From Candidatus Electrothrix sp. GW3-4 (GTDB lineage: Bacteria; Desulfobacterota; Desulfobulbia; Desulfobulbales; Desulfobulbaceae): 32,000 nt of DNA. The stretch is taken from positions 4,050,001-4,082,000 of the forward strand of contig NZ_CP147990.1 in NCBI RefSeq assembly GCF_037902255.1. Reading direction: 5' to 3'. Shown piece after piece: positions 16,894 to 24,961 of the stretch; positions within the stretch are counted from its first letter, which is position 1, and the number at the start of each line of letters is the position of its first letter. A program made the translations under genes and the position numbers. The notes under the pieces were generated by a model. That model had not been told where the DNA came from. It worked only from the letters and a program-made list of their open reading frames with translations, and searched no databases.

Positions 16894-17826
16894 ATGTGGC
16901 AGCAATTCATCAATTTCATGGAAGAGTCCATGGGGATCCCGGCCTCTTTGCATGAAAGAGTCTTTTCCACAATAATCATCGTATTTCTTTATGTTCTCAT
17001 TCGGAAAGTCGGCTCTGCCATAATTGGCCGACGTACCGAAGATGCCTCCAGAGAATACATCCTTAGCAAATCACTTGCATGTTTTTCAGGGGGGCTGGTT
17101 GTTATTATCCTTATTCGTGTCTGGCTCGGCGGCATTAAGGGGATGATGGCTTATTTCGGGATACTGTCGGCCGGTCTGGCTATCGCACTTCAGGATCTTC
17201 TCACCAACCTCGCAGGATGGATATTCATTTCCAGTCGCAAGCCTTTCACTCTGGGTGACCGCATCCAAATCGGCGATCATGCGGGTGATGTGATTGATTT
17301 GCGTCTCTTCCAATTCTCCTTAATCGAAATCGGAAAATGGGTAAAGGCTGATCAAAGCACAGGCCGCATCATAAATATCCCGAACGGACTTGTTTTTAAG
17401 GAATCCGTGATAAATTATACGCAGGGCTTCAGCTTCATCTGGCATGAAATTTCCGTCACGGTGACCTTTGAAAGTAATTGGGAGAAGGCAAAGTCAATGT
17501 TAACTGAAATCGCTAATCGTCATACCGCTATTAAAAGTGAACAGGCTGCCCAGGAAGTGAGACGTACGGCCCGGAACTATCTGATTCACTATCAACATTT
17601 GACGCCCATTGTTTGGACATCAGTGACCGATTTCGGCGTGACACTGACGATTCGCTATCTCTCAGATCCTCGAAAAAGACGCTCATCTGAACAAGTCATT
17701 TGGGAGGATATTCTTCGCGCTTTTGCCCAACACAAGGATATAGACTTTTCCTATCCGACAATGCGCTATTACGATAATGTCGTTGAAGGAAAGGAGGGTG
17801 CCCGTGCTACACGACCACCCCGGTAA
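16894..17826 (+). CDS. Mechanosensitive ion channel (MscS family) protein
   Basis: 310 aa. It has N-terminal TM helices and the MscS beta-domain pattern GDRIQIGDHAGDVIDLRLFQFSLIE...GRIINIPNGLVFKESVINYT. Confidence 0.8.
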   Translation: MWQQFINFMEESMGIPASLHERVFSTIIIVFLYVLIRKVGSAIIGRRTEDASREYILSKSLACFSGGLVVIILIRVWLGGIKGMMAYFGILSAGLAIALQDLLTNLAGWIFISSRKPFTLGDRIQIGDHAGDVIDLRLFQFSLIEIGKWVKADQSTGRIINIPNGLVFKESVINYTQGFSFIWHEISVTVTFESNWEKAKSMLTEIANRHTAIKSEQAAQEVRRTARNYLIHYQHLTPIVWTSVTDFGVTLTIRYLSDPRKRRSSEQVIWEDILRAFAQHKDIDFSYPTMRYYDNVVEGKEGARATRPPR

Positions 17827-17864
17827 CCCGGTATCGTCGTCAACACACTGTCAGCAAGAGGATA

Positions 17865-18254
17865 ATGGAATCAATTAAGATCATAGCCATATTGGGTTGC
17901 ATTGAAATAATCCTCGGCTTTCTCGCATTGCGTTATACAAAACGTCATTTATGTGAAGTAAAGAGAAAATATGATTATCAGCAAAAGCTGAGGAAAGCTT
18001 CATTTATAGCAGGTGGTATTCTTGCGGCTGCTTCATGGCCATGCACATTTTTATTAGGCTATCCATATAGTTTTGGGGATGAGACAGGTCGAATTGTGGG
18101 CATTCCCTTTATGGTTGCATATTTTGATAGTGCGGGGAGAGATTATATCAGTTCTTTTATGTTGCCAGCCATGATAGGAAATGCGGCTTTCTGGTTTACA
18201 GTCCCGCACACGATATTTGCTGTTTATTTATTCCTGCACCGCAAGTGGAAATAG
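17865..18254 (+). CDS. Hypothetical small membrane protein
   Basis: 129 aa with 3-4 hydrophobic segments. By eye the region is AT-richer than its surroundings. I recognised no family. Confidence 0.45.
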   Translation: MESIKIIAILGCIEIILGFLALRYTKRHLCEVKRKYDYQQKLRKASFIAGGILAAASWPCTFLLGYPYSFGDETGRIVGIPFMVAYFDSAGRDYISSFMLPAMIGNAAFWFTVPHTIFAVYLFLHRKWK

Positions 18255-18261
18255 TAACAGA

Positions 18262-18377
18262 CAGAGCGAGTTCTCCGCAATGCTCCGCATCTCTCCCTGT
18301 ATCCCGGCATTGCCATTATGCTGACTGCCCTGGCCTTCAACCTGACCGGGGATGGGCTTTGGGACAGGTATCATTAG
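18262..18377 (+). pseudogene. Remnant of the 3' end of an ABC-transporter permease (DppC/OppC/NikC type), copy B
   Basis: It translates to ...[33 protein letters not shown]. By my hand count it shares 56 of 72 aligned nt with copy A. The similarity continues about 90 nt past the stop codon in both copies, to 16826 and 18469. Confidence 0.6.
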
Positions 18378-18521
18378 CAATCCTCCAACAAAGTGATTTT
18401 ATCAGGCTGACCATGGGGCCCAGATGAAGTTTCTATTTATTCTTTCCGAGGTCCATGTTAAGCACAAGAATAACATAGAGAGTTTCCACTTATTAACACT
18501 GCTAGGTCACGGAGTCCTCGA

Positions 18522-19040
18522 TTGAATCAAACTCTGCCCCATCGCGACAAGGATGCCGTCCTGACTCTATATGCCCACTATTTCTTGGCGAGTGAGCTAA
18601 TGCTTAAGAACTATAAGAAGCTCCTTGCCAAAAGGAACCAAAGCGATCGACTGAACCAGAACGATCGTGTTCAACTATCAATATACTTCTGCACCTGGCT
18701 CGGCTTCCTTGCTGTGACTGCCGAGGGATTCAAGAAGCTGGGGATTCGTAGAGTGGTTAAGGATGCTCGCCCTCCAGAGTTTGTCGAGTTGATTCCTAAG
18801 ACTGATGCATTGGGAAAACTTTTGAAGAAGCATGACGATGCATTGAGAAAATTCCGAAACAAAGTCTTCCATCTGCGGGAAAACACTGAGGAGATCGAAC
18901 GATTTTTTCGCGAACGACCTAATAGGGTGGAGTGGGCTGAGAACCTCCAAACTGCATTCAACGAATTCTTCTCAGCCTATAGAATTCTTTGTCAAGTTCA
19001 CTATCTGATCGAGAAACGCAAAGAGGAATTGTTTAAATAG
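18522..19040 (+). CDS. Hypothetical all-alpha protein with an R-N-x-x-x-H (HEPN-like) motif
   Basis: 172 aa with a TTG start and GGAG 7 nt upstream. The motif FRNKVFHLRE lies at nt 18855-18872. There is no signal peptide or TM segment, and the region is AT-richer. Confidence 0.5.
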   Translation: MNQTLPHRDKDAVLTLYAHYFLASELMLKNYKKLLAKRNQSDRLNQNDRVQLSIYFCTWLGFLAVTAEGFKKLGIRRVVKDARPPEFVELIPKTDALGKLLKKHDDALRKFRNKVFHLRENTEEIERFFRERPNRVEWAENLQTAFNEFFSAYRILCQVHYLIEKRKEELFK

Positions 19041-19147
19041 TCATCCGACTAACGATGGCGTTTTCAACTCGAATCTATTCGGCTGATATTACATCCAAAG
19101 TCCAGTGCACCCCCATCTCAAATCCGCACTGTTTCGCACCGTGATAT

Positions 19148-19239
19148 GTATAACGGCAAATTCATTATTAGTATAACGACGGATTCGTTATTAGTATAAC
19201 GGCAGGTTCGTTATACCTATAACGACGAAATCGCATCGG
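19148..19239. repeat. Four tandem 23-bp units, each containing an inverted repeat TAACGn-N5-nCGTTA
   Basis: The units are GTATAACGGCAAATTCATTATTA, GTATAACGACGGATTCGTTATTA, GTATAACGGCAGGTTCGTTATAC and CTATAACGACGAAATCGCATCGG. They are head to tail with no spacers, and the last unit is degenerate. Confidence 0.85.
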
Positions 19240-19394
19240 GTATCCTTTTCTCCACCGGATAATCATCCCGCCTCCACAATAAAGCCTTTGACAAGGCAAG
19301 ATCTCGGAATTACCCTAGCAAAGGGCGAGAACCACCCTGTTGGTTCAGCGCTCCCCTTCATCACCATTATCCATCCTCAGCAAGAGAGAATGAT

Positions 19395-22184
19395 ATGCCG
19401 GATAAGACGATCAACTGTGAACAGAATTCCGCAATCTCCTGGTATCAGCTGGACGAGGCTGCGGTGCTGGAGGCATTGGGCACCAGCCGTGCAGGCCTGG
19501 CCCCCGAGATAGCCAGGGAACGGCAGCAGCATTGCGGCGTGAACGAGCTCCAGTTCAAAAAGACGCCAGCATGGGTGCGCTTTCTCCGCCAGTTTCACGA
19601 TCCCATGATCATTATCCTCTTGATCACGGCAACGATCACAGCTGGCTTGACTGCGGCGGGTCAACATATGTTGCCCGATACCCTGGTGATCGCCGGAGTG
19701 GTGGTGTTTAACGCGATCCTGGGCTTTATCCAGGAGGGCAAGGCCGAAGGTGCCTTGGATGCCCTGCGCAATATGATGGTCCAGGAATGTCTGGTGGTGC
19801 GGGCAGGAGACCAACAGCAGATCGCAGCCCGTGATCTGGTGCCAGGTGATATTGTGGTCTTGGAAGGGGGGAACAAGATCCCGGCCGACGTCCGCTTTAT
19901 CGAGACCAATAATGCCCATATCGACGAGTCGTCGCTGACCGGTGAGTCCGTGCCGGTGCAGAAGTCCACTGAGGCCCTGCAGGGCGGTGCTGATCTGGTC
20001 CCTGGCGATCAACGCAATATGGGCTTCTCTGGAACCTATCTGACCCAGGGCTCAGCCCTGACCGTGGTGGTTGCCATCGGCGCCCAGACCGTGTTCGGCA
20101 AGATTGCCGACCTGGTCAAGGCTGCTGACTCCGGCACCACGCCCCTGCAGAAAAAAATGCAGGAGTTTGTGCGCGCAATCATCATCGCCATCCTGATCAT
20201 TGGTGGTCTGAATTTTCTCCTCGGGGTATATCTCGGTTATGCGGTGAGCTACAGCTTTCTCGGGGCAGTGTCCTTGATTGTGGCGGCCATTCCTGAGATG
20301 CTGCCCGCCTTGGTGACCTCGATCCTGGCCCTGTCCTGTACGGTCATGGCCCGACGCAAGGCCCTGGTCAGAAAACTGCCTGCTGCAGAGACCCTGGGCG
20401 CCACCTCGGTCATCTGTTCTGATAAAACAGGGACCCTGACAGAAAACCGGATGACTGTGACCCGTATCTTCGCTGGCGGACAGGTCTACACCGTGACCGG
20501 GAGCGGCGAAGATCTTGAAGGCGAGTTTTTGCAGGAAAACGTGGCCCAGGATATCCATGCCCATCCTGCCCTCTTGAAAACCCTCTATACCGGCTTTTAT
20601 TGCAATAATGCCTCCCTGACCGTGAAGGGGCCCGCGACCGGTGATCCCACCGAGATCGCGCTCCGTGTCTCTGGCGCCAAGGCCGAGCTAATGGTGGAGG
20701 CCGTCCACCGCTGTATGGAAATCCCCTTTGACAGCTCGACCAAGTATATGGCGGTCCTGGTCAAGGAAGGGGAGCAGCCGTATATTTTGGTCAAGGGCGC
20801 ACCAGAGGTGGTGGTGGCCATGTGTGCAACCCAACTCAACCGCAACGGTGAACAGGAACTCATTGACCAGGAGGGCGCCCTGGCCGCAGCAAAGGCCTTT
20901 GCCGGTGATGCCTTGCGCACCCTGGCCTTTGCCCTGTTGCCGGTGTCATCGAACTGTAAAGACCTCACCCATGACCAGCTGCGCGGTCTCTGCCTGGCTG
21001 GCTTACAGGGCATGATCGATCCACCCAAACAGTCTGCCATCGAAGCGGTTGGCCAATGTCGGCAGGCGGGTATCCGGACGGTGATGATTACCGGAGACCA
21101 TCCGGCGACTGCCCAGGCAGTGGCCCGGCAACTGGGGATCGCTGCCGATCGCGCCATGACCGGCAGACAGTTGGCCAGTCTCAGCGATGAGGAACTGTTT
21201 CAGGCGGTCAAGGAGATCTCCGTGTTTGCCCGGGTAGCACCGGAGCATAAAAAGCGGATTGCAGAGAGTCTGCGCAGCCACGACCTGGTGGTGGCCATGA
21301 CCGGTGACGGGGTCAATGATGCGCCAGCGCTCAAGGCGGCGGATATCGGTATCGCCATGGGTATCAGCGGCACTGAGGTGGCCAAGGAGGCCTCTGATAT
21401 GGTCTTGGCAGACGATAACTTTGCCACCATTATAGCGGCAGTGGAAGAGGGGCGTCATGCCTGGAATAACCTGCGCAAGGCAATCCTCTATACCCTGCCT
21501 ACAAATGCCGCCCAGGCCCTGTTGATCATCGGCGCTATCTTGATGGCCTCCTTTATTCCCTTGTTCTCCATACGCTTTGTCCTGGAACCGGTCCAGATCC
21601 TCTGGATCAACCTGCTGGATTCCGTCCTGCTGACCATGCCCTTGATGATGGAGGCCAAGGAGAAGGGCCTGTTGGCATCTCCCCCGCGCAGTTCTCGGGC
21701 CCGTATTATCGATGCCCTGTTTTTGCGCCGTGTTGTCTTGGTCGGGCTGGCGATTGCCGTGCCCGGAGCCCTGATCTACCACCATTTTGGCGCAGCGGCC
21801 GTGGTCGATGGCCAATTGGTTGCTCCCCTGCTCCTGACCCAGGCGCAAACCGCTGCCTTCTGGGCGATCCTGCTGGCCCATTTTGGCTATGTCCTATCCG
21901 CCCGCTCGGTGGATGCCTCGGTTTTTACCCTTAATCCCTTGGGCAATCGCTGGCTGCTGGCCGGTATTGTAATCAGTATCCTGATTCGATTGATTCCCAC
22001 CGCCATACCTGCGGCGGCATCCTTGTTCAAGACCGCCCCCTTCCCTGCCGACTGGTGGCCCTTGATCCTCGCCTGCTTTTTTCCCAGCCTGCTCATGATT
22101 GAATTAGACAAGCTCCTGGCAAGGATGGGGATCTTCCAGAGTGCTCATGAAACAAGGGAGCCATCTCCCGTTGCAGATGCGTGA
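19395..22184 (+). CDS. Type II (SERCA/PMCA-like, Ca2+/Mg2+-type) cation-transporting P-type ATPase
   Basis: The phosphorylation site is CSDKTGTLTENRM. Other motifs are the actuator LTGESVPV, the hinge MTGDGVNDAPALKAADIGIAMG and the TM4 AIPEMLPAL (IPE type). There is no CPC motif and no N-terminal CxxC, so it is not a P1B heavy-metal pump. Confidence 0.9.
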   Translation: MPDKTINCEQNSAISWYQLDEAAVLEALGTSRAGLAPEIARERQQHCGVNELQFKKTPAWVRFLRQFHDPMIIILLITATITAGLTAAGQHMLPDTLVIAGVVVFNAILGFIQEGKAEGALDALRNMMVQECLVVRAGDQQQIAARDLVPGDIVVLEGGNKIPADVRFIETNNAHIDESSLTGESVPVQKSTEALQGGADLVPGDQRNMGFSGTYLTQGSALTVVVAIGAQTVFGKIADLVKAADSGTTPLQKKMQEFVRAIIIAILIIGGLNFLLGVYLGYAVSYSFLGAVSLIVAAIPEMLPALVTSILALSCTVMARRKALVRKLPAAETLGATSVICSDKTGTLTENRMTVTRIFAGGQVYTVTGSGEDLEGEFLQENVAQDIHAHPALLKTLYTGFYCNNASLTVKGPATGDPTEIALRVSGAKAELMVEAVHRCMEIPFDSSTKYMAVLVKEGEQPYILVKGAPEVVVAMCATQLNRNGEQELIDQEGALAAAKAFAGDALRTLAFALLPVSSNCKDLTHDQLRGLCLAGLQGMIDPPKQSAIEAVGQCRQAGIRTVMITGDHPATAQAVARQLGIAADRAMTGRQLASLSDEELFQAVKEISVFARVAPEHKKRIAESLRSHDLVVAMTGDGVNDAPALKAADIGIAMGISGTEVAKEASDMVLADDNFATIIAAVEEGRHAWNNLRKAILYTLPTNAAQALLIIGAILMASFIPLFSIRFVLEPVQILWINLLDSVLLTMPLMMEAKEKGLLASPPRSSRARIIDALFLRRVVLVGLAIAVPGALIYHHFGAAAVVDGQLVAPLLLTQAQTAAFWAILLAHFGYVLSARSVDASVFTLNPLGNRWLLAGIVISILIRLIPTAIPAAASLFKTAPFPADWWPLILACFFPSLLMIELDKLLARMGIFQSAHETREPSPVADA

Positions 22185-22597
22185 TCAGGAATCGCTCCCT
22201 TCCCACCCTCGTGCAAAGGAGATACCCTTCCTGTAAAGCCCTTCTGCCTTTCCCTCTCCTTTTCCTCTTTACGCATGAATGACCGGTACCCCCGAGAAGT
22301 TTCGGGGGCTGCCCGCATACCCAGGGAGTTTTCCGTATTCCTTGGGAGAATTGCCCAGCTGTTCGGGCAGGTTTCTTCACTAAAAAGATCTTAATCGCAG
22401 ATTACATCCCTGCAAAGAAAGGCACATTACCAGTTCCCTCCCCCCTTTTCCCCTGCCTAGATCCACCCGTATGCCCTCCCGATCTCGGGAGGATTTCCTG
22501 CTAAAATGAGCCTATTACCTTATTGTCCAGGCGCTTTTTCTTTGGTAGTCATCCTACCACAAAGTTTATTTCATAAGCACGAGAGATCAAATGCAAG

Positions 22598-22632
22598 GAG
22601 CCCCCTCTTCTGCTGAGCAGAAGAGGGGGCTC
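22598..22632 (+). promoter_or_regulatory. Perfect 15-16 bp GC-rich hairpin in the TBDR 5' leader (attenuator/terminator-like)
   Basis: GAGCCCCCTCTTCTGC-tga-GCAGAAGAGGGGGCTC lies 46 nt upstream of the TBDR ATG and is followed by AGCCTTATTATAT. Confidence 0.6.
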
Positions 22633-22678
22633 AGCCTTATTATATGGATGAGCGAAAAAGAAGGAGAAGAAACAAGGC

Positions 22679-24808
22679 ATGAAGAACAACAGGAAACTTC
22701 CCTGGCTTATTCCGGTGCTGCTGTTGGCCGGAGTGACCTCTGCGACGGCAGCCGAAGAACAGGCAAAAGACGCGAAAAACGATATCAAGGAGATGGAAGA
22801 GATCGTGGTCTCAGCAGAGAGCGGTGCCCAGGGCATTGTCCTGACCCCAACCGAGACCGTGATCAACACCGAGCAATTCAACAGCATCGGTGCGGCAAGC
22901 ACGGTGGATGAGGTGCTCAAGCACCATAGTATTATTGATTCCCGGGCCCAGTCCGATCTGGTCCCGGATGACGACACCATCACCCTGCGCGGTTTCAGCA
23001 ACAACCGCTTTGTCACCGCCCTGGACGGCCTGACCATTCAGAAGACCGGGGGCCGCAAGAGTTCTCATATCGTTGACTTTGCCCTCCTCCCTACCTTCCT
23101 GATTGAGAGCATCGAGATCCTGCCCGGTCCCCACTCGGCCCTCTACGATGCCAAGGGGATCGGCGGGGTGCTCAACCTGGTGAGCAAGCGCCCGCAAAGA
23201 CGGGACAGCCTGAAGCCGGATGTCAGCCTGTCCACCGGCCTCCGTTCCTATAACACCCAACGCCATAACCTGAGCGTGGAAGGCGGGATCCAGAACTTCA
23301 CCTACGATCTTGGCTACCAAAAGGACTCCTCTGATGGCTACCTCCGTAACCATGAATCGGATATCGATACCGTTTTTACCCGCTTTAGCTATCTCCTGCC
23401 CGATGACGGCCTGATCACCCTCAGTGGCTCCTATACCTGGGCCGACAGAACTATCCCGGTGAAGAACCCAGGGACCGCCCAGGACGGCAGTGAAGACTAT
23501 GACAGCTCCTATCCGGTCTATGAGGATGCCTCCTTTGAGCCCTGGGAGGACCCGGACTGGAATAAGGACGCCTATTCCCTGCGTCTGCACGGGGACAAGG
23601 CAACCGCCATCGGTACCCTCTCCCTCAATGCCTACACCAGCAAGGAGGATCGGGACCGGGCCTACTATGTCAAGGAGGGCAAGGACATTGTCTATACCCC
23701 CTGGCTGACCGAGTGGTGGCAGCATGGCGGTAAGCTCCAGGATGAGATCCAATGGAATGAGGACCACACCACCACCATCGGGGCTGATCTGGTCCAGATG
23801 TACGATGACGGCATTGTCGATAACGAGGACACGGAGCGGATCAACAAAAAAGGCCTCTATGTCCAGCACCAATGGGCCCTCCTCCCCAGTCTGGACCTGC
23901 GTCTGGGCGCACGCTACGAGGATGTCACCATCTGGGTGAGTAACGGATCGAGCTCGCCTTACATAGCAGGCCAGGACATGGCCATTGAACGCAACTGGAG
24001 TGAGCCTATTCCCAAGTCCTTCCTGACCTGGAAGATGGACGAGCTCACTCCCTGGCTGCGGGACACCTCCCTTTCCGCCGGTGTCAGCAAGATCTGGCAT
24101 GCCCCGGATTACCACGGCGACTATAACCCCCAGGGTAAACCGGCTGGGGCCTGGCTGGAGCCTGAACACGGCATGGGCTATGACCTGGTCTTCACCCGCC
24201 GTCTCTGGCGGGATATCGCGCTCAAAGCGAACTACTCCTTTTACAGTATTGAGGATTATATTGCTTATAACCGGAGCTTTGCCAAGTACGGCAGCTCAAA
24301 GGCCGGAGCTTTGGCCTATTCCGATTATAAGATCAACCTGGAAGAGATGCAGCGGCACGGCCTGGAGCTGGAACTGGACGGGCATATCACTGATGATCTT
24401 TCCTTTTACCTCACCTATGCCTGGCAGAACTTTGAAAATCAGGGGAATGAACCCGCCGGAGAGCAGGTGCAGGACGGTCAGGCCGAAAATCGCCTTACCC
24501 TGGGACTGCGCTATGACCTGTTCGAGAACACCATGTTGATGCTCGACTACTCCTATCAGGGCGCAGAGGTTACCGAGGTGTCCGAGGAGGTCCAGCCCGA
24601 TACCTGGGTTTTCCATGAAGTGGAGAACCCTTCCTACAGTGTCTTTGATCTCGGATTCGAGCAAACCCTGCTGGAGAATGCCTATCGTATGCAGGATGTC
24701 AAACTAAATCTGTACGTCAAGAACCTCCTTGATGAAGAATACTATGAAACCAAGGGCACGCCGTCAACGGACCGGACCTTCGGGGCCATTCTGTCCATGC
24801 GCTTCTAG
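22679..24808 (+). CDS. TonB-dependent outer-membrane receptor
   Basis: The signal peptide is MKNNRKLPWLIPVLLLAGVTSATA. Plug motifs are EEIVVSA, ITLRGF and IEILPGPHSALYDAKGIGGVLNLVSK. A long beta-barrel ends in the terminal aromatic ...ILSMRF. Confidence 0.9.
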   Translation: MKNNRKLPWLIPVLLLAGVTSATAAEEQAKDAKNDIKEMEEIVVSAESGAQGIVLTPTETVINTEQFNSIGAASTVDEVLKHHSIIDSRAQSDLVPDDDTITLRGFSNNRFVTALDGLTIQKTGGRKSSHIVDFALLPTFLIESIEILPGPHSALYDAKGIGGVLNLVSKRPQRRDSLKPDVSLSTGLRSYNTQRHNLSVEGGIQNFTYDLGYQKDSSDGYLRNHESDIDTVFTRFSYLLPDDGLITLSGSYTWADRTIPVKNPGTAQDGSEDYDSSYPVYEDASFEPWEDPDWNKDAYSLRLHGDKATAIGTLSLNAYTSKEDRDRAYYVKEGKDIVYTPWLTEWWQHGGKLQDEIQWNEDHTTTIGADLVQMYDDGIVDNEDTERINKKGLYVQHQWALLPSLDLRLGARYEDVTIWVSNGSSSPYIAGQDMAIERNWSEPIPKSFLTWKMDELTPWLRDTSLSAGVSKIWHAPDYHGDYNPQGKPAGAWLEPEHGMGYDLVFTRRLWRDIALKANYSFYSIEDYIAYNRSFAKYGSSKAGALAYSDYKINLEEMQRHGLELELDGHITDDLSFYLTYAWQNFENQGNEPAGEQVQDGQAENRLTLGLRYDLFENTMLMLDYSYQGAEVTEVSEEVQPDTWVFHEVENPSYSVFDLGFEQTLLENAYRMQDVKLNLYVKNLLDEEYYETKGTPSTDRTFGAILSMRF

Positions 24809-24833
24809 TAAGCATCTTGCGATCCCCCCTCAT

Positions 24834-24911
24834 CCCTCCCCTCTGGGGAGGGACAACAAAACATGAAAGGTGGGAAGCCGGGTCGGTTTCATCGACCACT
24901 TTCATATACAA
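24834..24911 (+). promoter_or_regulatory. Copy 2 of the repeated structured 5'-leader element (candidate cis-regulatory RNA)
   Basis: The first hairpin is CCCTCCCC-tct-GGGGAGGG. It is followed by ACAACAAAACATGAAAGGTG, then the inner hairpin GAAGCCG-ggt-CGGTTTC, then CTTTCATATACAA. ATGAAAG at 24863-24869 pairs with CTTTCAT at 24899-24905. Confidence 0.6.
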
Positions 24912-24961
24912 ACATTTCCCCTTCAAAGGAGGGGAAGCATGAGACACGAAGAAAAGGAGAA

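Noticed and set aside
19148-19239. A CRISPR array.
   Set aside because: The units are 23 bp, directly abutting with no spacers, and number only about four. No cas genes are present.
16640-19300. A mobile element (IS, integrative element or integron cassette) explaining the islet and its repeats.
   Set aside because: I found no transposase, integrase, terminal inverted repeats or attC-like sites. Only the direct gene-remnant repeats are visible, so I report the repeats without calling a mobile element.
22289-22308. The hairpin CCCCCGA-gaagtt-TCGGGGG as the ATPase terminator.
   Set aside because: It is a 7-bp GC stem, but no T-tract follows on either strand and it lies about 100 nt past the stop codon. 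That is too weak to call.
22093-22380. A 95-aa minus-strand ORF in the ATPase-TBDR intergenic region.
   Set aside because: It overlaps the ATPase 3' end, has no RBS and has an Arg/Gly/Pro-rich composition. It is probably spurious.
22185-22678. A cobalamin riboswitch upstream of the TBDR, the classic btuB arrangement.
   Set aside because: I looked for the B12 box (GCCACTG) and the surrounding conserved core and found neither. The structure present is described separately as an uncharacterised leader.
22811-24169. A 452-aa ORF antisense to the TonB-dependent receptor. Similar long antisense ORFs lie at 19377-20012, 20597-21157 and 21003-21881 (opposite the ATPase), and at 12361-13324 (opposite the lyase).
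   Set aside because: These are shadow ORFs inside genes that have unambiguous family motifs on the other strand. Their translations are low-complexity (rich in Gly, Pro, Arg and Gln) and carry no recognisable motifs.
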